Shown here piece after piece: positions 24,821-39,398 of a stretch of DNA of 64,000 bases. Positions within the stretch are counted from its first letter, which is position 1, and each line of letters starts with the position of its first letter. The notes below the pieces were generated by a model that made no database searches, was not told where the DNA came from, and worked only from the letters and a program-made list of their open reading frames with translations. The position numbers and the translations under genes were made by a program. This stretch comes from Camelus dromedarius (Eukaryota). Where the stretch lies: NCBI RefSeq assembly GCF_036321535.1, contig NC_087436.1, positions 4,960,001-5,024,000 on the forward strand. Direction: 5' to 3'.

Positions 24821-27378
24821 GAAAATGACTGTTTGGATCACCTGACCAGGTAAAGAGGTTTAGATCACTTCACCCGTTGAGACCCTGGCTAAGGCCACAG
24901 TGTGCCTGAAACCCCTCCCAGAGGAGGGAGGTTATAAATACCAATGGCGACCAGGCAACCAGCTCAGAAATGAGGACTCAGGGAGATGTGTGCACACCCT
25001 TGTTACTCTTTAATATGAAACTCTGTACTTTGGATTTTAGTTACAAGGTATCAAAGGGAGATTGTGACTGAAAAATAAACAAAGCATAATCACCCAGAGA
25101 GAGAAAAGCAATATATGGAACTATCTGTAAGTTAAAAAACTTATAGTCACATCTTGTAAAGATTTGTGTGAGATACTGACACATAGAACTGACTTAAATC
25201 ACAAACAATTCAATCAAGTTTTTGAGAAGGTATCACTTTCAAAAGAGTCACTTGAACTACAAGAGGCTGACTGTTCAAGACTTAAAATAGTCTTTTTTGG
25301 TGATCCCCCAAATTCTGTAAACAGGAAGCAGGGTAGAAGTCTACATTTGCCCAAAATAGCATATTCTTCAGTGTTTTTTCATTTGTGGTTGAGGAGAAGA
25401 GTATTTTTCAGAAGATGGAGTCACGAGTCCTGGAGAACCAGGGCTTTAGGAGCCCCTCCCAGGGAGGGGGTGGTACCCACACTCAGGGCAGGGCCGCCAT
25501 GTCTTCCCAGCAGGATTACAGACTTGCTCTGTCCCAGGATGGCCCTCTGCCCCCATTGTTTCTTTCTGAAAGGGAGTGTTCATTATGGTTTTCTGGATTT
25601 GTTCAACTGTTGCTTTTTTCTGTGTGTGAGCAAGGCAGAAAAATTGTCTTTATAGTTAATAGATTTACAGAAAAAGAAGATCCACATAGAGACAGTGTTA
25701 AGATGATCACAAATCCTAGAGCTGGGGCTTTGGGATTAGCTCCTTGGAGAAGGGAGTGAGAGTAGTTCTTGTGCATGGCAAGAAAAGCAAATGTTTTTTA
25801 TCAAGAGGGCAACTATGTTAGATTGTATTACTGTCAAAGTATCCCCTCTCCTAGTAAGTCCATCCTCACAAGACCTCAGGCTGGGCCAAGCAGCAGTTTG
25901 GGGCCAAGAAATACTTGTAGAGATGATGTGTGCTCCTTCTGAGAAAACGTTTTATGAGCTATCAGGTGGTTCTGATGCTACCTGCTTTGTTGTGCCAAGA
26001 GTGTCATAGATATTGGCTACTGGTCTACCCCGGGTCCATAAGTGAAGTGGAGGGACAGGCAGACTTTAGCCAATATTAGACCTATGTCTCTGTATGCCAC
26101 TGAGATTTTGAGACTGTTTATCACTGCAGCACAATGTAAGAAAATCTAACCAATGCATCAAAAATTAGTAAGGGAGATGCCATTTCTACACCACAGGAAA
26201 AAAGACTGGTAGTAGTGGTGATAATCACTGCACATGCAAAGCAGATCTGTGATCTGTCCACTGATTTCGGCCAACACTTAGCTGAAGGTTAACACTTAAC
26301 TGTATTCAGGAACCGCGCTATTGTTGCTATGTTTTCTGATGTCCAGAAATGCACGTGAGCAAGGTTTTCTTGTTGTGAAGTGTTGGAAATTAATGATCTA
26401 AGACTAAAAGAAAAATAGCTTTGCAGGAGATATACTAAAATTATTGTTTTATTGTGGTCAGCATGTGCCACTGTGAACCAAATGTAAAAGGATGCAGAGT
26501 ATTTCAGGTAAGCATCAAGAATCTGTCATTAAATCTGGTAGTTATTTGGAAGGATGTCCCACATAGGCATCCTCAGAACGATCCACAGAAGACCCAGTGA
26601 GAAAGTCTTTTTCTCCTGTGCTTGAGGCTTGTGGGCCCCATGAATATATACAGGTTTAGCAAGTCCCAAGGAAACAGCCATGAATTTCCATAAGCTAAAA
26701 AGCAGTTGGTTGCTGAGAGGAAGTCCAATGGCATCCCTAATTCTTACACTAACATCCTTTTGGAAGAGAAAACAAACAGAGAGGGCCCTAAACTGATGTA
26801 AGACACACAGCATGTATGGAAGTGATGAAGATCAGTGCCCTAATGAGTGTGAGGGCACTGCACCCCAGTGGGGCATTGGTGCCATTGCTGGGAGTGGGGA
26901 GACGGCACACTTAGATGAAATAAATGGACATCATGGCACAGAGATCAGCGAGTCATGACATTTGGTGAAATCCTAAAGCGAGAAATGCTTACATGGCCAA
27001 ACATCAGTATACTTCTATTAGCTCATTTATATAAGAAATTGAATTGAACGACTGAATTAAAAACTCACATAAAGCAACAAAGAGCAACCCCCTTTTTGAT
27101 TTTGTGAAAGGAATTATCAGGAAAATAGAATTTCATTATGTGGATAGTACTAAGGGAACTGTAGACAAAGCCGCTAGGCAAGTTGCAGGGACTTGAACTG
27201 TAGAGAAAGATTTTCTCTAAGGATTGAGGTGAGAATTTGGGGTCTCAGGAAGTGAGAGCTTGTCTAATTGACCTGGAAAAATAAATTGGTGTTCTTTAGG
27301 AGAAACAGACACTCTGAGAGGAATTTCAGAAGTTCCATTATTGTAAACAAAGTAGCATCAAGAAAAAGACAACAGACA

Positions 27379-29673
27379 GGAGGGGATCAAGATGGCAGAG
27401 TGGGAGGACAAGGAGCTCACCTTCTCCTAGACACAACTGAAATATGTCTATGTGTGGAGCAGTTCCCACTGAAAACCAATTGGAGATGGGCAGAAAGACT
27501 CTTTTAGAACCAAGGCTATAGAAAAGGATCCACACAGAGGCAGGTAGGGAGGGAGGGGAAACAATCAGTTTGGGACCCAACTCCCTAGCAAGGGACACAG
27601 AAGAGGAGGGAAATCACAGCCATGGGCATCCTCCCTGGAGAATGAGGGGTCCAACCACATATTATGCGCCCCAGCCCGGGGGTCCAACCCCAGGACACAA
27701 GACCCCTTAGCTGGTTTGAAAACCGGTGGGACTTCCAGGAGGGCTGTAAGAAGCCCAGACTCCGCTCTTGCAGAACAGGTACACACACTTGCTTATTCTC
27801 CAGAACAATCTGCAGAGGAAGTGGATTGAAACTGGCTGGGGCTCCGGCTGGTTTCCTGGAAAGGCCCCCGAATGTGCCCTAACCACACTGGGCATCTACT
27901 CCAGCCCCTCTTGCTCCAGGGCAACTTCCCACTAGGGTTAAGGCTGCTGTTGCCAAGGGGAATGAGCATTTGACGGGGACGGAGCTGGCTGAGACCTTGT
28001 ACTGCATCTAAACCAGACAAGGACGGCCACTGCTGGAGCTCAGAGAGCAGAAGAGCAAGGGCAGCCTGGAACTCTGACTGGTGTGCTGGGACCCAGTGCC
28101 TGCTCCAGCTCCTCTCACTCCACTCCTGCACCCCATGGGGGCAAAGGGGCCATGCTGGGAGTAGGGAGAGTGCACACTTAGATGGAATAGAACCAGCTTG
28201 GGCCCGACCCTTGTGACTTCTGCTCCAGCAACTTCCGACCAGCAAACTGTGACTCCCACTAAGCAGTGGAGAAGCCCTGGCTGAGACCTGACTCTGGCTC
28301 TAGCCCGTCCATCTCCAGCCCCACCTCCTACCAAGGTGATAGCTGCTAACACTCCTGAGGGAAAGATGTGACTCGTGCTTAGTCCAGATCCAGCTGTCCA
28401 CCAAAGCCACTGGTACACAGGCTGCATAGAGAAGCTACCACACAAGAACACTACTTCAGTACCAGGAGAGGTAGCTGTTTCTTCTAATTTCATAAAGAAA
28501 GAGGAAGTTAAACAAAACATGAAGACGGAGAAATTTCTTTCAAACAAAAGAACAAGAATAACTCCCTGTAAGAAACAGCTAAAGAAACAGACAAGTAATT
28601 TACCAGATAAAGAGTTCAAAGCATTAGTAATAGGAATGCTAAATGAACTTGGGAAAAGAATAGATGAAAACAGTGAAAATTTTAACCAGGAACTAGAAAA
28701 TATAAAAAGAACCAGTCAGAGATGAAGAATAAAGTAACTGAAAAAAAAAAAAAAAAAAAAAAAAAAAACCACACCAGAAGGAATTAACAGCAGATGAAGT
28801 CATACAGAAAAATAGAAAAATACTTAGGTGATCTGAAATACTGAATAATGGAAATCACTCAGTCAGAATAGCAAAAAGAAAAACAAATTTTAAAAAATGG
28901 AGGACAGTTTAAGGGACCACTGAGACAACATCAAGTGAACTGACATGTGTGGTACAGGGGTCTCAGAAGGAGAAGAGAGGGAGAAAAGTGTAGAAAATGA
29001 ATTTGATGAAATTATGGCTGAAAACTTCCCAAAGCTGAAGGAAGAAACAAATTTCCAGGTTCAGGAATCTCAGAGAGTCCAAAACAAGATGAACCAAAAG
29101 AGACTCACACCAAGACACATCATGTTTAAATTGGAAAATGTTTAATATAAGTAGAGAATTTTAAAGGCAGCAAGAGAAAAACAAGGAGTCACATAGAGGG
29201 AACTCCCAAAGGTCATCAGCTGATTTTTCTGCAGAAACTTTTCAGGCCTGAGGGGTGTGGCATGTTATATGTAAAGTGCTGAAAGGGAAAAACCACTTAT
29301 GACAAACCCATGACCAACATCATACTCAACAATGGAAAGCCAAAAGCTCTTCATCTACTATCAGGATAAGGATGCCCAATTTCGCCACTACTATTTAACG
29401 TAGTACTGGATGTCCTTGCCAGAGCAGACAAGAGAAAGATATAAAATGTATCCAAATTGGAATGGAAGAAGTATAATTGTCACTATTTGCAGATGACATC
29501 ATATATAGAAAACACTAAAATCAGTCCCCCCCAAATTATTAGAGCTAATAAATGAATTCAGTAAAGTTGTAGGATACAAGATTAATATACAGAAATCTGT
29601 TGCTTTTCTATACACGAATAATAAACTATCAGAAAGAGAAATCAAGAAATCAATCCCATTTAAAGTCACAACA

Positions 29674-29719
<46 letters not shown>

Positions 29720-29965
29720 ACAAATAAAATAAACTTAACCAAGGAAGTAAAAGACCTATACTCTGAAAACTATGAAACATTGATGAAGGAAACTGAAGAT
29801 GATATAAAGAAATGAAAAGATATCCAGTGTTCATGGATTGAAATGGTTAATATTGTTAAAATGTTCACAGTACCCAAAGCAATCTACAGAATTAATGTAA
29901 CCTTTATCAAAATATTCATGACAGTTTTTACAGGAACAGAACATACAGCCCTAAAATTTATATGG

Positions 29966-30022
<57 letters not shown>

Positions 30023-31250
30023 AAAACAACCCAAGAGCCAAAGAAATCTTGAGAAAAAAGAACAAAGCTGGAGGTATCACACTCCCTGACTTCAGACTAT
30101 ACTACAAAGATGCAGTAATCAAAAAAGTTTGGTGCTGGCACAAAAACAGACAAATAGATCAATGGAACAGAATAGAGAGCCCAGAAATAAACTCACACAC
30201 TTGGTCAATTAATCCAAGACAAATAAAGCACGAATATTCACTGGAGAAAAGATAATCTCTTTAATAAATGGTGCTGGGAAACCTAGACAGCTACATGTGA
30301 GTAAAATTAGAACATTTTTCACAGCACATACAATAATAAACTCAAAATGGCTTAAAGACCTAAATATGACTAGAAGCCATAAAACTCCTCAAAAAATAGG
30401 CAGATAATCTTTGACACAAATCAATATATTTTTGGGATCTGTCTCCACAGCAAAGGAAATGAAAGCAAAAATAAGCAAATGAGATCTAATTAAACTTAAA
30501 AGCTTTTGCAAATGGAAGCATTAACAAAACAAAAAGACAACCTACTGAATGGGAGAAAATATTTGCAAATGATAATGATAGATAAAAGGTCAATATCTGA
30601 AATATATAAACAGCTCATATAACTCAATAGCAACATAAACCAAACAACCTAATCAATAAAATGGGTAGAAGATCTGAATGGACATTTTTCCAAAGAAGAC
30701 ACACAGATGGCCAACAGACACACAAAAAGATGCTCAACATGACTCATCATCAGGGAAATGCCAATCAGAACCATAATGAGACACCACCTCACACCTGTCA
30801 GGATGGCTAGAGTCAGCAGACCACAAATACACAAGGGGCTATTTTTCATTTATGAAAAGATTGAAATGTTGTCATGTGCAACAACGTGGATGGACCTGGA
30901 GGCTATACACTTACTGAAATAAGTCAGACAGAGAGTCAAATATTGTATGTGGAGTCACATATATGCGGAATCTAAACAAGAAAGCAAGCAAACTGGTGAA
31001 TATAACAAAATGGAAACAGACTCACAGATATAGAGAACAAAGTCACGGTTATCAGCGGGGGAGGGAAGAGAGAGGGGCATGATAGGGGCAGGAGATAAGA
31101 GACGCAGCTACTAAGGATAAAATAAATAAGATGCAAGGATACACTGTACAAGACAGGAAACATAGCCAAGATTTTATAATAACTTTAGATGGACTATAAT
31201 CTATAAAAGTATTGAATCACTATGTTGCACACCTAAAGCTAGTAGAATCC
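27379..31250 (+). mobile_element. Older L1 with 5'UTR, partial ORF1 fused to the RT half of ORF2, and 3'UTR; two internal deletions
   Basis: 5' ggaggggatcaagatggc; ORF1 remnants (LPDKEFKALVIGMLNELGKR; ENFPKLKEETNFQVQE); jump near 29294 to YDKP..NIILN; ORF2 peptide [18 protein letters not shown]; second gap near 30829. Confidence 0.92.
29680..30018. repeat. Two (CA)n microsatellites (29680-29722, 29968-30018) inside L1 ORF2
   Basis: Directly visible. Confidence 0.95.
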
Positions 31251-32169
31251 TGGTAGATATTTTTAAATGTCAGAGAAGAATACATAAGTTGGTGACTTAC
31301 AAGTGGAGCAAATTGCTGAAATCTTATCAGCCTTTCGCATGAGATATAGGTGGAGAGTGGGCCTTTCAGTATACATTGTTGTTCCACAGCTTTTCATGTC
31401 AGTCTTTTGACAGTAAGTAATTGTACTCATATCTATTCTCAGTCAGCTTTTTATGTATTTATAGGTGGTAAGAACTAAGGAAAGTGTTCTTGCAGTGTGA
31501 GCAGATTCAAAGCTAATAACATAGCCATTGGCCCCAAGTCAAGACTCTGCTTGTGCACAATAATAGAAAGACATGTGGTCTAGTAGGTATCATTTCTGAC
31601 CTCTTCCTTAGACTGTACTTCATCATGAGCTTCTACCCCAAAAATAGTGGGATATAATGAGTGCTCAGCACCAAATGAAAAGGTTATGAAGGTCAGAGAG
31701 CTGTCCTTACCCTCCCCTTTACAATGAACAAATTCATTCAATTTCTGCTTTGAAAAGAGTAAAGATAAACAGCCTAAAGCAATGTATGTCAAAATCATTT
31801 TGGAGACAGCAACATAAAAACACAAGGTCACAAATTTCTTTAAAGGTCACAGGGTTTCTGCATTCCTATTGCTTCATAAGTGTCCTTGATTTCTTGCTTC
31901 ACTCTAAAAAAAAAAACCTGAAAATCATGGTGATGTAGGGTGGGTATAGTTTATGCAAGAAAAATGAAGCAAAAAGGTAAGTCAGAGCCTTTGGCTCTAA
32001 ATCAGAAAAGAGGCAAGTTAATACATTTCAGGTTTATATAAAATTTATAAAATAGGTTATATGTATGTATTTTATGTTTCCCACTTTACCGGGTTTTTCT
32101 AATTAAGCTATGACTTCTCTAGCCTGGTATTGTCAAATAATATGATCCATAAAACTCATCGCTGGCTGA

Positions 32170-32715
32170 CCTGAAGTGAGGCAGGAGCCTCACACACTGG
32201 TGGCAGATTATAAATTGGTCAAAGGTTTTTAGCAAACAAAATGACCTTGTACAAATATTTGTATATTTTGAGCTCTTCTAGGCATATCTCCTAAGGAAAT
32301 AATTCCTTAAAATTTAGGGAAAACGTTTCATGTAAAAATGTTTAAAACTAATCATTTATATACTTCATGACAAATCAGTGGACTAAATTATGGTGGCAGA
32401 AGTCACACACATGCTCACACGTGCACACACACACATATGGTGATATGTCCATATGATCAAATTTTATGCAGCTATTGAAGTAAATGGAGCATTAAACAGC
32501 ATGGAAAAAAAAGTCCTAAAATAATGTTTAGATGATGGACTAGGTTACAAACTTGTGTATTGAAAATTATTCCAGTAAATGTAATAATAATTTTGAGAAA
32601 CACCATCAAAACATATTGTTGAATGCTAAATGGTTTTCTCTTACTTGTCTTTATAAGTGTTTTTATTTTTTCTTAATTTTTCACTGTATAATGTTTTTGA
32701 ATCAGAAAAAAAGTT
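32170..32715 (+). mobile_element. Degenerate L1ME-type fragment
   Basis: cacacactggtggcagattataaattgg...cttctaggcatatctcctaaggaaataat. Confidence 0.55.
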
Positions 32716-35279
32716 TTAAAATGATTTTATAATACAATAGTCTGAAAAAAACAGGTTGATAACTTTATCCAAATGAGTAATTAGGCTTTTTTGTAAACTT
32801 AAAAATTTTCCCCAATCCAAGAACATTTTACATTGAGAAGTTTGGGAGGAGGCAGATTTTCTGAAAAAGTTTTTATCCTCTGTAAGCCTACATAAAATAT
32901 TCTAGAACAGAAAGAATATGTGTCAAAATTTTGTGCCAGGAACAAGTAGTAGAGATTAAGAACAACAACAAAAAAAGTAGAATTAAGAACTCTTCCAAGA
33001 CAGATACACTTTTAATAACGAATAGCTCAGTTTTCTCTTTTGTAAAATGAGGAGTCTTGTGTGATTGAGCCCCATATATTTTCTTTCATTTCCAACAGAG
33101 CATGCTTCTACCATATTATCTCCAAAAACTGTAATTAGTTTCCAAATTTGCCTCTGCACAAATAGTCCCTCTGGAGTTATTGCTGTGGGGGGAGGGTTAA
33201 AGTTCTGGTGCTCTATAAATGCTCTTCATTGCACAACCTTTTCCCCTGCGGTCCACAGTCTCCTTCCAAATTTCTTAACCTCACCTTTCAGAGGTTTTTA
33301 CTTTTACGGGAAGTGGGATTATTTTAAATGAATCATTTGTTTAAACTTCAAGAAATTATCGTTTTGACTTCAAACCACATGATTTTATTCTTGCTGTTTC
33401 ACTTTGCTTTGTCTTCCTTCAGACACGGGAGTGTGTTTCCCTCCTTGTTTCAATTGTTTTGCATGCCGGTCACTAATTGGTGACTGTTGGGGGCTCCACA
33501 TGTGTTTCACATAAAGTTGCCAGCTTCCTCTGGTGTGAAATGACAGCCTTGTTGAAAGTTGAAGACAAGGTGCTTGCACTTTGCCTAGAAAAAAAAAAAA
33601 AAAAAAAGACGTAATTGGACCCAACAGACATTCACAGCAGCCAAGGGTGCATAATCGTGAACTCTGCAGTTGTGGCTGCTGGAACAGTCATGGAGAGCAA
33701 CTTGGAAGTGTGAAACGTGTTAACGTTGGTCACAGGGTGTGAGCACTTACCATGCATACATCTGAGAAGCTTCAGGAGGAGGGGGCAGAAAAGATCAGGA
33801 AACAGAGGCTGATTAAGTATTGCATTGCTCTCAACAGGCAAATCAAACTGAAAATAGTCTTGAAGTGCCGGGTAGAGTGAGTAGAACCACACTCTATAAA
33901 GCAAGAAGGGATTCTGTAGCTGAGAGGGGCTTCTTGAGATTGTGCAAGTTTTATGTGAGGTCCTTGAATCCCCTTTAGACAACTGTTTCCTTCTGGATGG
34001 TTTTCAAGGTCTACTTTTTTTTTTTTTTTCAGTAATCATATGAACTGCAAAGGGTAGGAATCACAGGGACAGTTACAAACAGCAGAGAGGTTTAAAACAG
34101 AATTATGGGCACTTAGAAATGAAGTGCTGCTACCTCCTTTCCTCTATTCTATTAAAAACTGTCTTCAGTGAAGGAGTGAAAGCACGGAGCAGAGAGAGAC
34201 CAGCAGTGAGTGTGGGCAGGAAAGGAGCAATCCAAGATGAGACGGCAGAGCCGGGAGAGGGAAGAATGTGGCAGATAGTGAGAAGGACGCTAAATAATCT
34301 GGGAAATAATAAATGGTCTCTGACTGCACACAGGAATGTTTATCGACTTTTTTCTAATATATTTAAGGGAATATTAGCATAAATATTTATTAAACCACTC
34401 CATCACCTGGTTTGTTCAAGAACTTTTGTCTCCAAATAAGAAACAAAATCACTGAGTTTGGATATAAGACATAATGGATTTTCACAATATATTTCGTGGT
34501 GCCCAGTGATTACTGTTGGTGTGATGAAGATACAGTCCCGCTGGCCCTGAATTGACACGTGCTCCACAGAGGAAGGTTCAACAAGGGTGACTGTGGTTTC
34601 GGGCAAGTAAAGGACAACGGTAGTCTTATGTACGTGTCTGACATTCTGACGGATAGTGCAGGAAACTCTACCTTTTACAGGAATTTGGAAGTTTTGTCTA
34701 TTTTATGGCACTAAGCACTTCAACTCCTGAACTGAGATTTTGGGGAGGACCAAAGATCATGGAAAATTTTATCTTTTGAAAATGACCAGAAAATTAATGG
34801 GATTTACTCTATATTTTATCCAAGGAGAAAGAAAAATTAGAAGCAGTTCAAACAGGTAATGAGAGACAGGAATTAAATTTTCTAATGACATCATACAGGA
34901 TTTTTTTTTGGTCCATGTAACACTTATACTAGAGTAAATTTCAAAGCAGATTACTGCTATCACATTTTGTAAACATTGAGCTGTTGCAACAATGGGCATT
35001 GATAATAAACAAGCCAACAAAAACACTGAAATTAACAAAGGTGCTCCAACTGATGTCAGAAGAATCCTAAAGGCAAGGATGGGAATGGAGGCTTGTGTGG
35101 TTCATGAAACACTCAGAGGGAACTACACGTCCATGACAGTTTCTGGGAAGTGTTTCTACGACAGAATCTGTACCAAGCAGGAAAGGGCACTTCCAGGCAA
35201 AAAGCAAGAATGCAGTTGTAACTGTCTTTCATTTATCTTATGATACATTTTTAATTTCTCCTTTTGGCAAAGAGGAGAA

Positions 35280-35850
35280 GTTGCTGAATTCAAATGTGGC
35301 TACCTCCATCTTTCTCCCCAGAAATCCCCCCAAAACTGATAAATATTCAGGAGAATTTTGGCTGAATCTAAACTTCTTCAATAAAGCCTCCATTATGACA
35401 TGACAGATTTGGAATTTCAGGCAGAATCAATGTCAAAATTCACCATCAGGAAAGCACATACTTCTCACTGCGAGCGCAAGAGAATAGAAAATAACCAGAG
35501 AGGTGAAAAGATACCTTGTGGTGAAAGAACAGTTCCCTTTGAAAGAGAACAATATCGATGGCCAAAAGGAAAAAGAAAACAAAAAAAAGAAGGAGAAAAG
35601 ATTTTGAAAAACATAATCCATTTTCTTCATTTAAGAGCTCAGAGTAGCTTCTAAATCATTATGTAAAGATGTAAAGTCTAAGATTTTGGAGAGACCAAGA
35701 CCATAGAGAGGAGTTGAAAGGCTGATGAATGAAATCTGCAATGGAAACCCGGAGCAGCAAGCTGGCTGTTTTTGCAGAAATTGGCATTAACAAATTAGAG
35801 AATCTGGAAAGGTTCCAACAGGATATACACTGCACCCTTGAATAATTTGA
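35280..35850 (+). mobile_element. Possible ancient L1/HAL1 ORF1 remnant
   Basis: A-rich strand; peptide MKSAMETRSSKLAVFAEIGINKLENLERFQQ loosely resembles the ORF1 coiled coil. Confidence 0.3.
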
Positions 35851-37058
35851 GGAGGGTGTATTTCCCAAAGGACCATTTACCACAGTGTGGCCATAGGCCC
35901 CCAAAGATGGAAGCATTAACCCAGGTTCAGGGGCAGTCACAGAAGGGACAGGGAGGGGCTGGGTGTGTTAACTGGGGTGTGGGTGTTGCACAGTGGACTC
36001 AGGGGTGGTGGTGGTGGTGGGGAGCCGGGCAGTGAGTCACCTGATCTCACTACTCCCCCCCTCACCCCTCCTCCTGAAGCCAGAGAGTGGGGAGCCCAAG
36101 GAAGCTGTCCCTGCAGGTCAGCCTCACCTAGCAGAGCGAGGTAGAGGGCGGCATCTGAGGGGCACCCGGGAAGTATCCCGCCCACAGACAAGGTGAGGAG
36201 ATTCTCTGAGGACCTGGAGGAAAACTAACAAACACATAAATGATGAGATTATGGGAAACATGGTGGTTTTTTAAATCATCTGTTTTTATTGAAATATCCA
36301 AACGCACGTACAACCAAAAGGCTCACTACTTTCTTTGCACCTAAACAGGATACGGACATTTTCACAGACTATTTTTTTTTTTATCGTCTTTAAATAGGGA
36401 AAGCGTGACAAAGAACAATAGTTTTGTTTAATTTTTTGACTTGGTGACAAATATAGATATTTTCTTGGTAGAGAAGATTTGTTTCAAATAGTGTGTCAGT
36501 GTGGGGTATGTGTGTAAATTTGCTTGGCCTTTTTCTTTTTTTTCTTCCTTAAACTCTGTTTTCCATCCTTAATGAGCCAGGAAAGAGTAAATTCCACGTA
36601 GACCAATAACTTTTCTACAGATAGGCTATTTATAAGGTGAGAATTGGAGGCGTTATGTCCATACAGAAATGGATTTCTTCAGGTTGAAATGTTTTGATTT
36701 TTTAAAAAGTATTTTCAAAAAATGTTTACTATGTTTGTGTTTATACTTCAGTAAACAAGGAGAAATATAATTTTCATTTCTGTCTTGTTTTTGTGACAAA
36801 GCATCTTTGCAGATATAGTCTTTTTTACTGCCTTTCTGAGAATTTTGACTTTTGTCACAAGTATCGGAATTTAACATGTAGAATCCAATGTTGCCTTAGA
36901 CACACAAGGTTTGCCACGTGTCTCCCAGTAGGGGCAGAGTTTTATTTTATTCTGCAGTCGCCAACATGAGAATGGCTTAACTGCAAGTTACCAAGCGGTA
37001 AGACTTCTCGTACTGATATGCTGTTTAATTTGGATGTGGAGTATTAGGAAGTAAATTG

Positions 37059-37207
37059 TGGTGAGGGTGTAGCTCAGTGGTAGAGCATGTGCTTTGCACG
37101 TATGAGGTCCTGGGTTCAATCCCCAGTGCCTCCGTTAAATAAAATAATAAATAAATAAATGAACCTAATTACCTCCCCCCACAAAATAAAAACATTTTTT
37201 TAAAAAA
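37059..37207 (+). mobile_element. tRNA-derived SINE (vic-1-like)
   Basis: A and B boxes; TSD gaagtaaattg at 37048-37058 and 37208-37218. Confidence 0.95.
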
Positions 37208-37541
37208 GAAGTAAATTGAAAATGTGGCCAGATGTTGATAAATAAAATTTCCACATTTTTCTTGGGTAACCTATGAAGCTTTCAGAATATTTGATATATA
37301 CTTTTAAGCCACAGGTCACATTTTTGGATAAATCGTCTGCTAATATGGGCAATTAAAATCTCTGGGAACTACATGAAAATCTTCCACAAATCTTTTTTGG
37401 CAACACAAGCTGCCTTATGACAGCTATGTGGCTATCAAAAATGAGAATGTTTCAATTCAAAGAGAAGACAATTTAAAAGTCTGAAAAACTGAGAAAGCAC
37501 ATCAATGCGATTTTCAATCTTGAGTTCCTAGCAAGGGTTTG

Positions 37542-37945
37542 TTTTTTTTTTTAAATTGAAGTAGTCAGTTACCGTGTGTCAATTTCTGGTGCACAGCACA
37601 ATGCCCTAGTCATGCATATACATATGTATATTCGTTTTCATATTCTTTCTCATTAAAGATTATTACAAGGTACTGAATGCAGTTCCCTGTGCTATACAAA
37701 AGAAATTTCGTTTTTTAAAATGCATTTTTATATACAGTAGCTAACATCTGCAAGTCTCAAACTCCCAAATTTATCTCTTCCCACCCCCTCAGCCCTGGTA
37801 ACCATGAAATTGTTTACTATGTTAGCGAGTCTGTTTCTGTTTTGCAGATGAGCTCATTAGTGTCCTTTTATTTTTTTAGATTCCACATATGAGTGATATC
37901 ATGGATATCATGTGGTATTTTTCTATCTCTTTCTGGCTTACTTCC
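37542..37945 (-). mobile_element. 5'-truncated L1 3'UTR
   Basis: Closely homologous to 7399-7680 (gtcatgcatataca, ccctgtgctatac, tctcaaactcccaaattta). Confidence 0.85.
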
Positions 37946-38279
37946 ATAAAACTTCTTGGTTCTTTTCTCCAATTTTAATAATTATATATCAGTCCCATCA
38001 TTTTATCTGTAGTTTGGCAATACTTGTCACTTTTATTTACCATGTTATGCCATTGCAACTTTCATGCCAAGAGATTTTCTGACAAAGTAGAGAAAATGAA
38101 ACATAATGTGGAGTAAAGGTACCAAATTCCTTTGGTAATGAATGAATGAATGAATGAATGAATAATTGAGTGATAAATTGATTCAAAAAGAAATTAGGGA
38201 AGAAAGAAAAAGAAAGAGAAGAAAGAAGAGCTGGAGGTAAAGAGACAGGGAGGACAAAAAAAAAAAAAAAAAAAAGTGG

Positions 38280-38498
38280 TGATGGAGTTTTCCTGAAGAA
38301 AGAGGAATTGTCAAGACTACAACATTATCTATGTTTCCAGCCTGCTGGTTTACCAAACAGATTTTGAATTGCCAGCCCCCACATCACCTGAGCCAATGTC
38401 TTACGAGTCTCTAGATGGATAGATAAATAAACAGCTTGATCGATCTATATCTATCTCCTATATTGGTCCTGTTTCTCTGGAAAACCTGGACCACTACA
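38280..38498 (+). mobile_element. MLT2-like LTR 3' part
   Basis: tttccagcctgctgg...gccagcccccac...ctcctatattggtcctgtttctctggaaaacctggaccactaca. Confidence 0.75.
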
Positions 38499-39398
38499 CA
38501 TTTTACAATTTAAATTAATAACTTAATAATTACCATGGACCTGCATGTTGTGAATTCAAAATTCTTGCACCACAGGGCAGTCCTTACAGGGACTTAAGTC
38601 AATCAAAGTTGTTCCAACCAACTCAGCCTTGGCCACCTGATCCCACCACCAGAAAGTTTTAATTTGAGAGACCTTCAGTATCATTAAACTGTCAGAAATG
38701 GGTGGCATGGTAAAATAACTTAAATCAAGCTGGTGTATGTAGGAAAAAAATCAAAAAAATATAGTTCAATAAAGGAGAATATCCTATTAATACAAGTAAT
38801 CAGATCAGTTTCCTTATTTGTAACTAGTAACCTCGGAAGACATTTGTAAAGAAGGATTTTTTAAAGTAAGAATTTAGCATTTTTCTGCAGTGGTCTTGTT
38901 AAAGAAATCAATCTCTTTTATTAGCCTAATTATATCTACTGGAAAAAGTCTTTTTGTTCCTTAAGATCATTATTTTATTATAATCCTAAAAAGGCATTAG
39001 GAGTCTTAAAATCTTCCATGAATTTTCCACACCAATAATCACAGTTTTATTTCAATAAACACAATGGCAAATTCCGCATCATAAATTTCTTCATGGATTA
39101 GCGAATATATTAGAAAATTATTCTTCTAGTAATGTTCAAAGATTTTTATATCAGAAACACAAAGTAATGGTAACTTGCACATTAAGTGAGACGACTGCAT
39201 GTAGATATTTAAGGTTCCTGGAAACATCACCCTACAAATCATTTAACTCTTCAAAAACCACCAAGCAAGCAATGTTTAACATTTCCAGCTATAATCCTAA
39301 TTTCAGCGCCCCAGGGAAGAGAAAACTAAACAGAACTAAATTCACAAGATATCTATTGTCTGTATGGAAAAGATTTCAAATTTGGAAAATAACATTTT

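Noticed and set aside
27793..28619. 150-aa and 203-aa minus-strand ORFs
   Set aside because: Antisense frames of a GC-rich L1 5'UTR/ORF1; no protein-like features.
36924..36937. CTCF-like CCAGTAGGGGCAG
   Set aside because: Spacing is one base short of the core consensus; unsupported.
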